In this document: positions 47,470 through 53,321 of the stretch, piece by piece | Position numbering within the stretch: position 1 is the first letter of the stretch | Layout of the letters: each line of letters opens with the position of its first letter | IMG/VR virus record: IMGVR_UViG_3300035183_001064 | Location: 1 to 53,321 of that record | Length of the DNA: 53,321 bases | Source: a virus | Lineage: Duplodnaviria > Caudoviricetes | Strand: one strand, 5' to 3' | Program-made: the position numbers and the translations under genes | The notes under the pieces: model-generated | What the model saw: the letters and a program-made list of their open reading frames with translations, nothing else | Told to the model about the DNA's origin: nothing | Databases searched by the model: none

Positions 47470-47892
47470 TTGCGTTTTGGTCCAATTCCGTCTATAATAC
47501 GCCTGTGAAACTGCCCCCGGCAAACCCAACTGCTGCCGACGCCGGAGCAGGCCGCCTCTCTCGTCGCGACGATGCGCGCCTTCCATGCAACGGCGGATTG
47601 GCTGGTGGGCGCAGCCGGAATCTGCGCGATCGCTTCGGACTGTCGGCGCAAATGGCCGTGCGCGGCAGTGCGCCGGTCCGCGAAGCCTGCAAGCGCAACG
47701 GCCAGGCGTCCCCCTTTTTCGCCCCCTTCGCCGCTATCCCCTGCAATCAGCGGCTGATGCGCGCCAAAGGGCAAGATCGCGTATCGCTGCGTGGCCTGTG
47801 GATACACTGACCATGCCGATGTGCATGCGGCCCGGAACATCCGTTCCAGGGCCAGGGCTGCCGTCAATCAGCCTGCCGTCTTGGAACCGCCC
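47470..47892 (+). pseudogene. tnpB: Internally deleted, frameshifted tnpB relic of a second IS200/IS605 subfamily
   Basis: TTGCGT-17-TATAAT then GTG at 47505; fragments QLLPTPEQAASL..TMRAF, LRDRFGLSAQMAVR, QRLM..KG.DRVSL and C-terminal CGYTDHADVHAARNI. Confidence 0.7.
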
Positions 47893-47901
47893 CCTCTACC
47901 A

Positions 47902-48363
47902 CTACGGTCCCGTCGGCTCCGGCCCCGCAATGAGGCGCACTTCAGCGGGCCAGCATTGCAGCACCTGCACGTCCTTCACCGGGCGGTCCAGCCGCACGGA
48001 CAGCAACCACCGCGTGTCTTCCACCCCAATGCCAGCCCGCCGGTATCCCACAATGGTCCCCGTCGTTCCCTTGGGAATAAACGTCAGGTTTTGAGTTTCC
48101 CGCACGCCACAGGTCAACTGCACCCGGGAACCAGCAGGCATCGTCTCCTCATACGGATTTCCCACGTCCGGCCTGGTGCGAGCCACGCCAGCCGTGCCAG
48201 CCATGCCAGCCATGCAGGCCACGCCAGCCATACCCGCCGTGCCAGCCGTGCGCGCCGCATTGACATCCTCCCCGGCGCTTTCCCCCACGCCATACGCGCC
48301 TTGCTCCCGCTTCTTCCGGCCCTTCATGCTCCACCCTCCTTTTGCTCGCCAATAATTTGACAT
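47902..48363 (-). CDS. Hypothetical protein (start probably MKGRKK ~48328) with 9-bp repeats
   Basis: AAGGAGG RBS; AGM/AGT tripeptide repeat. Confidence 0.55.
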   Translation of the reverse strand: MSNYWRAKGGWSMKGRKKREQGAYGVGESAGEDVNAARTAGTAGMAGVACMAGMAGTAGVARTRPDVGNPYEETMPAGSRVQLTCGVRETQNLTFIPKGTTGTIVGYRRAGIGVEDTRWLLSVRLDRPVKDVQVLQCWPAEVRLIAGPEPTGP

Positions 48364-48399
48364 CCTCCCCCGCCTGAAGTCGGGGGATTTCTACGGCGC

Positions 48400-49692
48400 T
48401 CAGACGTGGCATTGAGCCGCCCCCTGAGTCGCTTCGACGGGTTCCTGCTTCCGACCGCCAACGCGGTTCGATCCACAGGCCATCTGGGCTGACACAGGCA
48501 GACCACCTGCCAGCATCCCAACCGAAGCGTCGGTTGTGTCCCGCCCTTCGTCTCGCCATATTTGCATCCCGCGAGAAAGGATGTTGATTGCGCCGACCAC
48601 ATCGGCGTTGTCCTCGAACCCACATGCCACGCACACGAACCTGGCTTGCGTTCGGCGGTTGTCCGCCGAAATATGACCGCAGCACGGGCAGGTGCGGCTG
48701 GTGTTGTGAGGCGGCACCACAATGAGATGGCCGCCTTTCCACGCCAGCTTGTACGCCAGTTGGCAGCGAAACTCGTACCAGCCTTGATCAAGGATAGACT
48801 TGTTCAGGCCGGACTTGGCCCGAACGTTGCTTCCCGGCGCATCTACTGTACCTGCCGCCGACCGGGACATATTCCGCACTCGCAAGTCCTCGATGCAAAC
48901 GATCGCGTGGTTTTTGCTGATCGCGGTCGAGGTCTTGTGCAGAAAGTCGCGGCGGACATTGGCAATGCGGGAATGAATGCGCTGGACGCGGGCTTTCGCC
49001 TTCTTCCAGTTGTTACTGAGCTTGACTTTGCGGCTCATGGCCTGCTGAGCTTTGCGCAAGGCCACCTCATGCCGCTTGAAGCTGTTGATGGGGGCGTAGA
49101 ACGCGCCGTCCGAGAGCGTCGCGAACCGGGCAATGCCCATATCAATACCCACTGCCCCACCCTTCGGGATCGGCTGAGCAACCTCTCGTTTGGTCTGAAT
49201 GGCAACAAACCACTTGCCACCGCTCAGGCTGACGGTGACGTTGCGCAGATCGCCCAGCACTTTGCGGCTGTTGCGATAGCGCAGCCAACCAAGCTTCGGC
49301 AGAAAAATGCGGTTGTTGGCCTGATCGAGCTTGATTGCCTTCGGGTTTGGATAACGGAAGCTGTCCGACCGGCCCTTCTTCTTGAAACGCGGAAAGCCAG
49401 CACGTTTGGAGAAGAAGTTGGTGTAGGCCCGCTCCAAATCTCTGAGCGCCTGTTGCTGCGAATGAGCGGGAGCATCGGCCAGCCAAACCGTTTCCACGCT
49501 ATTGCGCCACCCAGTAAGCAGCTTGCACAGCCCGGCATAACCCAGTTTCTTCTCGCCTTGCTCGTAGCGATCCTTCTGCAACGCCAACGCCTTGTTGTAG
49601 ACAAACCGACACGAGCCAGCGAAGCGGTGCATCTGCCGCTCCTGCTGGCCGTTTGGCATGAGTTTGAATCTAAAGGCCTGGAACCGCTGCAT
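48400..49692 (-). CDS. tnpB: TnpB RNA-guided endonuclease
   Basis: HTH N-terminus (CRFVYN), GFPRFK, RuvC D (GIDMG), E (IEDL), D (NADVVGAIN), zinc ribbon CPCC/CVAC all intact. Confidence 0.95.
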   Translation of the reverse strand: MQRFQAFRFKLMPNGQQERQMHRFAGSCRFVYNKALALQKDRYEQGEKKLGYAGLCKLLTGWRNSVETVWLADAPAHSQQQALRDLERAYTNFFSKRAGFPRFKKKGRSDSFRYPNPKAIKLDQANNRIFLPKLGWLRYRNSRKVLGDLRNVTVSLSGGKWFVAIQTKREVAQPIPKGGAVGIDMGIARFATLSDGAFYAPINSFKRHEVALRKAQQAMSRKVKLSNNWKKAKARVQRIHSRIANVRRDFLHKTSTAISKNHAIVCIEDLRVRNMSRSAAGTVDAPGSNVRAKSGLNKSILDQGWYEFRCQLAYKLAWKGGHLIVVPPHNTSRTCPCCGHISADNRRTQARFVCVACGFEDNADVVGAINILSRGMQIWRDEGRDTTDASVGMLAGGLPVSAQMACGSNRVGGRKQEPVEATQGAAQCHV

Positions 49693-49714
49693 GGCTCAAT
49701 TATACTTCTGGTCT

Positions 49715-49870
49715 ACGGGCAATGACAAGGATATTCGACATGGACGGCACTGCGTTTTCAGGATGCACGTCCATTTGGTCTTCGTGACAAAATACCGCCG
49801 TGACGTGTTCGATGGCGTCGCCATCGAACGGCTGCGCGTGATCTTCGCCAAGGTCTGCGCCGGCTTTGAA
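49715..49870 (+). pseudogene. tnpA: Truncated IS200 Y1 transposase
   Basis: RHGRHCVF.MHVHLVFVTKYRR..F; apparent start is ACG; ends after AKVCAGFE, before the catalytic region. Confidence 0.85.
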
Positions 49871-49904
49871 CCGCCTCTGGAACGCCAGGTTGCATAGTAC
49901 AGGG

Positions 49905-49937
49905 ACAAGCCCCGGACTTCAGGCCGGAGTAGTTGAT
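49905..49937 (+). mobile_element. IS200/IS605-type end hairpin in + orientation
   Basis: ACAAGCCCCGGACTTCAGGCCGGAGTAGTTGA. Confidence 0.6.
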
Positions 49938-50380
49938 GCCGTCGCGCTCCCTTTTTTGCGTTCGCTCTTTTTGCCCGCCTCAAAGGTGTGAATAAACCGC
50001 CGGGCCAGGATCGTCGCGGCATATTCCTCCGCAAAATGGTCGTCCGCCCGCCAATGGTGCATCGCCTCCAGAATGGGATGCTGTAGCTCGTGGACAATCG
50101 TTAGCTCCAGGTCCGCATCCGTGCGCTTCGCGGTCACCTCACAGTTGATGACGATGTGCGCGTACTGGTACATCGCGCTGGATGTAATCTCCATCTCCAC
50201 CAGCTCGTTGGGATTTTCCGTAGGTTCCCACGCGGTGTCCGTGTACGTAAACGTAAAGTCCCAGCCGGACCAGTACCCCATGCGGTCTATCCACCGGCGG
50301 AACAAGCGCCGGACACGCGCTTTTTCCTGCGCAAACTCCTTTTTTGTCACGGCTGGGATCCTCCCAAATCGGAGAGGCAA
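49919..50380 (-). CDS. Hypothetical protein with HExxH (IVHELQH) metallopeptidase-like motif
   Basis: Motif present; C-terminus runs into the IS end. Confidence 0.55.
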   Translation of the reverse strand: MPLRFGRIPAVTKKEFAQEKARVRRLFRRWIDRMGYWSGWDFTFTYTDTAWEPTENPNELVEMEITSSAMYQYAHIVINCEVTAKRTDADLELTIVHELQHPILEAMHHWRADDHFAEEYAATILARRFIHTFEAGKKSERKKGSATASTTPA

Positions 50381-50559
50381 TGGTAGATCATGCGCCGGAT
50401 AAGGTCGCTGGTCGTAATGTTTTTCCAGGTCGCCACCCGTTGCAGTTCAATCCATGTGGGGTATGGCAACCACATATGGATCCGTTTCATTTTGCTGGCC
50501 GGAGGCAGCGAAGCGGTTGGAGGACCGCCCATACGGCGGGCCGGTTCAACTTTTGGCAT
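50347..50559 (-). CDS. Ribbon-helix-helix DNA-binding protein
   Basis: GAAAGGAG RBS; MKRIHMWLP...ELQRVA....TTSDLIRRMI. Confidence 0.7.
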   Translation of the reverse strand: MPKVEPARRMGGPPTASLPPASKMKRIHMWLPYPTWIELQRVATWKNITTSDLIRRMIYHCLSDLGGSQP

Positions 50560-50575
50560 AGACACGCTCCTTTCG

Positions 50576-50668
50576 TTATCGGTGTATGAGCCACAGGACA
50601 ACAAACATAACGGCAAAAACAGCGAGGTTGCTGACAATAAGCCACGCGGGTAGTTCCGTCACAGACAT
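50576..50668 (-). CDS. 30-aa single-pass membrane peptide, not in the ORF track
   Basis: AGGAGGAG RBS; MSVTELPAWLIVSNLAVFAVMFVVLWLIHR. Confidence 0.65.
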   Translation of the reverse strand: MSVTELPAWLIVSNLAVFAVMFVVLWLIHR

Positions 50669-50717
50669 GGTGCTCCTCCTTTCGTTTGGGATCGTGCCGA
50701 CACACGCGGCGACACAC

Positions 50718-50746
50718 ATTTTGCTTTGCCGCACTTCTTTTGTCAA
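50718..50746 (-). promoter_or_regulatory. Sigma70 promoter for the leftward operon
   Basis: TTGACA-17-CAAAAT. Confidence 0.55.
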
Positions 50747-51029
50747 GTCCGGCGATCAGCGCCGCCGTCTACGGCGCGTGCATCGGCGGGGTGCGAGGCA
50801 TTTCGTGATGATCATATGGCGCATGGCATGGCGCGCGGTGCGCGGTGCGCGGCATGCGGCGTGGTGCGGTGCATGGCGTGCGGGGCAGGGCAGGGCAGGG
50901 ATTATCGGCTTGATTTTGTTGAAATACCTGTGGCCGTTTGGAGGGGGGATCTTTTGTGCGACCCCTCCCGCGCCGGAGTCCTCCCGGAACGGATCCCGCT
51001 CCGCCCCCGGGTTGGGGCCCCCCTACAAA

Positions 51030-51306
51030 TCTCACTCACAGTGAGTGAGAAATGGGCGGAGGACGCGGCTCACGGAACCATCCCCTACAATGGGCGAGAC
51101 ATTCCCCATAACAGGCGATACATCACTCACAGGGTGTGAGATATCACTAACAGGGTGTGAGATATCACTCACAGGGTGTGCAATATCACTCGCAGTGAGT
51201 GAGCTATCACACACAGTGTGTGGAATATCACTCACAGTGTGCATAGTATCACTGCCAGTGTGGGAGCATCACTCACCGTGAATAGCCATCACGCACAGTG
51301 TGTGAG
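51030..51306. repeat. 21-bp palindromic operator/iteron-like array
   Basis: Perfect palindrome TCTCACTCAC-A-GTGAGTGAGA at 51030-51050; ATCAC-led units at 51122, 51143, 51164, 51185, 51206, 51227, 51248, 51268, 51288. Confidence 0.9.
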
Positions 51307-51515
51307 GCTCTGGTTGGGGTGCGGGCCCGGTTCGGGGAGGGTTCCGGGGAGGGAGCGGGCCCGGAGCGGGGCCGGGCGAAGAAAGGGCGAAGGGAAGGAG
51401 ACAATATCACATTTTGTTTGTCAAGGTGTTTTTGTAAACACGTTGTAAGTGCGCGAAATCATTGATGTTTTGGGGTACTTGCGTCACAATTTGTTCGGAG
51501 CTACAAACATGCCCA

Positions 51516-51848
51516 TCGCGAAAGTTAAACTTTTTGTAACTTTTTGCAAAACTTTCGCGACACACAAACGTGTCGCCCGGGGAAAGAAATCCGGGCGTAA
51601 AGCGATACAACCAGTAGCTGCTGCTAAGCCCCAAACTGGCAGCAGCAAAGGCGGAAGAACCCTAAGGGATATTATCCCTGACCATAAGTAAGCCCCGTAA
51701 GACGGGCTGAACGTGTACGGGCTAACGTCTACTGGTGAGGCGTGGGCCAGAACCAAGCCCGCTTGGTGACACAAGTCCCCCAGGGAGGACTCATCCCGAG
51801 TCTCGCACCAAGCCGCCTTGGATGTGAACCTGTAGCCCACTATGTCTC
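51516..51848 (+). ncRNA. Putative structured ncRNA, allele 2
   Basis: Covarying helices relative to 77-412. Confidence 0.8.
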
Positions 51849-51898
51849 AAAAAGGCTGTTAATTTCGTCAACAAGTGAAAAACAACCAGGAGGAAAAC

Positions 51899-52486
51899 AT
51901 GGCAGCAAAAAAAGCCAAAGAAGGCTTCTGCATCTCTTTCGTTAGCGAGAAAGTCTCGCTAACAGCAGCAGAAATCGACAGGATCAAAGCTTGGAAATGG
52001 TACGACAATGATCCGTACCATGGCCAATGCTTATTGTCTCAATGTACGCCGCATTTAGGCGTACTGCTGGAGCAAATTACAAACGCTTATCGTGCCAGTG
52101 AGCCGATAAGTGTTAAAAGGGATAGATGGGGTTCCGAGAAGGAGATTATTACTCCGTCCGAAGCAATAAACCGCTTCGGCGGATTTTCCCTAAGGTACAG
52201 CAGATTAACTTCGCTTCCAGGTTCGCCAACGCCGGAAGCGGTTTTAAAAAGCAAAAATCCGGCGTGCCAGCACATATGGCGCGCCTTAAAAGAGCTCGAG
52301 TTTTTGCGCCCTGATTTAATCAGAGTGACTAAAGGCGGCGTTGTGCGCCTTAAAGGCCACGATCCCAATTTTGGCACTAAAACAAGTGTTGGTAGCCGCT
52401 CTAAGGCTGCTATAGATCCAGCAGCCTTAGACAGTATACTTTCGCAGTATACGCGGGGAGCCGCTTCAGGGAAGCGGAACCGCTAG
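51899..52486 (+). CDS. Homolog of 473-1063
   Basis: AGGAGG RBS; high amino-acid similarity. Confidence 0.85.
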   Translation: MAAKKAKEGFCISFVSEKVSLTAAEIDRIKAWKWYDNDPYHGQCLLSQCTPHLGVLLEQITNAYRASEPISVKRDRWGSEKEIITPSEAINRFGGFSLRYSRLTSLPGSPTPEAVLKSKNPACQHIWRALKELEFLRPDLIRVTKGGVVRLKGHDPNFGTKTSVGSRSKAAIDPAALDSILSQYTRGAASGKRNR

Positions 52487-52514
52487 TGTACCTACCCATA
52501 GGGGGGGAGGAAAA

Positions 52515-52703
52515 ATGATGACGCTCACGGCAAGAGTTTTACACTATGCTGCGAAGGGGTGGGGCTTGCGTGAGGCTATCACGCAGGCTCAAAAAGATGC
52601 TGACGAAGATGCGCGCACGATAGCGCGCACAAAGCGACTACTGGCATGTTACAAATACACGCCAGTAGTGCAGAGCCGATTACGGCACCAAAGAGACGAA
52701 TAA
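52515..52703 (+). CDS. Homolog of 1060-1245
   Basis: GGAGG RBS; near-identical protein. Confidence 0.8.
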   Translation: MMTLTARVLHYAAKGWGLREAITQAQKDADEDARTIARTKRLLACYKYTPVVQSRLRHQRDE

Positions 52704-52791
52704 GCATTCGTTTTGTGTTTGGTGCCATTCCGTGGCAAGTCAACAATTTAACAAGCTCCTGCCGGAAAAAGGCAGGAGCAAGGAGGAAGGT

Positions 52792-53205
52792 ATGTTTTCC
52801 GTAAAGTTTACGTGTGTCCAAGCAAATCACCACATTATTTGTATCGAGGAACCCCCAGCGGGGCTTAGCGCCTTGGATGCAGCTAGAGCCCAATTGGGTT
52901 CGGACATTCGGACTGTAGCGCCTCCTTTGGGGTTCTACAAGTATGAGATTGCTTGCTCTTTAACGGAAGAGCAAGCAAGACGGGCAACAAACCAATTTGG
53001 CAAGCAATGGAGTACTTGCGTTCGCGTTCTGCGTGGGGCTTTTAACAATTGCGTCATTCATACGTGGAATAGACTTCAGTCTAATCCCACGTGTGCAACG
53101 CTAGACTATAATATTGATCGAGATACAATTGTGGAAGCCTGGCTAGATGCCGGGGCTCCCAATTTGTGGGTTCCTCCACAAGAGGAACCCACGGAAGCGG
53201 AATAG
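52792..53205 (+). CDS. Paralog family A, homolog of 1332-1745
   Basis: AAGGAGG RBS; high similarity. Confidence 0.9.
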   Translation: MFSVKFTCVQANHHIICIEEPPAGLSALDAARAQLGSDIRTVAPPLGFYKYEIACSLTEEQARRATNQFGKQWSTCVRVLRGAFNNCVIHTWNRLQSNPTCATLDYNIDRDTIVEAWLDAGAPNLWVPPQEEPTEAE

Positions 53206-53225
53206 GGTATAGGCAGCCTACGATG

Positions 53226-53321
53226 AAGGCCAGTTTAGCGAGGCTCTTGCGAAACTGGCCTTTTCTGTTTTGTGCAATGGAGGCCAGTTTAGCGAGGCTC
53301 TTGCGAAACTGGCCTTTTCTG
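53226..53321 (+). terminator. Two tandem 54-bp hairpin/U-tract units
   Basis: AGGCCAGTTTAGCGAGGCTCTTGCGAAACTGGCCTTTTCTG twice. Confidence 0.65.

Larger units (their letters stand above)
48357..49870 (-). mobile_element. IS605-type element (tnpB plus divergent truncated tnpA)
   Basis: Right end GAAATCCCCCGACTTCAGGCGGGGAGGATGTCAA ends at 48357; left end not clearly retained. Confidence 0.85.
51440..53321. repeat. Right copy of the long diverged direct repeat
   Basis: See 1-1855. Confidence 0.95.

Noticed and set aside
48562-49725. 387-aa + strand ORF and other long antisense ORFs (e.g. 6527-7507, 7278-8336, 13737-14636, 37522-38391)
   Set aside because: Shadow frames of well-supported genes in GC-rich DNA; no RBS or motifs.
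47902-50380. Single gene split by the IS (TCAA at both ends would rejoin the ORFs in frame)
   Set aside because: The downstream ORF has its own strong RBS with an ATGA-type overlap, and the 49905-49937 hairpin may belong to the other element, so the junction cannot be fixed.
50810-50905. Short GC-rich degenerate repeats as a coding feature
   Set aside because: Low complexity with no supported ORF; function cannot be argued from sequence.
51030-51306. CRISPR array
   Set aside because: Units are contiguous 20-21-bp degenerate repeats without unique spacers, and there is no cas operon.
1-53321. tRNA genes, integrase/att site, alternative genetic code
   Set aside because: None seen; genes pack tightly under the standard code using all three stop codons.

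Overview
A near-complete genome of a lytic, podovirus-like dsDNA phage (unit length about 51.4 kb). No integrase, tRNA or CRISPR array was seen. The + strand (1-15952) carries early genes (paralogous repeats, DUF932, glycosylase-like and Cas4-like proteins) and a recombination/replication block: a circularly permuted Sak4/AAA_24 ATPase, a metallophosphoesterase, a DUF669 SSB, an NTP-pyrophosphatase-like protein and a split UDG-exonuclease-PolA polymerase. The - strand (16105-50746) carries ejection proteins, tail, lysis, capsid, portal, terminase, an AAA_25 helicase and IS200/IS605 (TnpB) elements. The first ~1.85 kb recurs as a diverged copy at 51440-53321; the first 127 nt are identical, so these may be two strain alleles joined by the assembler. 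Comparing the copies shows compensatory base changes in several helices of a ~340-nt non-coding leader. This points to a large structured RNA of no family I recognise, upstream of a basic protein and tandem terminator-like hairpins, and it is the most promising novel system here. Also notable are a 21-bp operator-like array whose motif recurs inside the capsid-gene promoter, and three exactly 68-bp triple-hairpin elements related to IS605 ends. All protein calls come from motif recognition by eye, not database searches.
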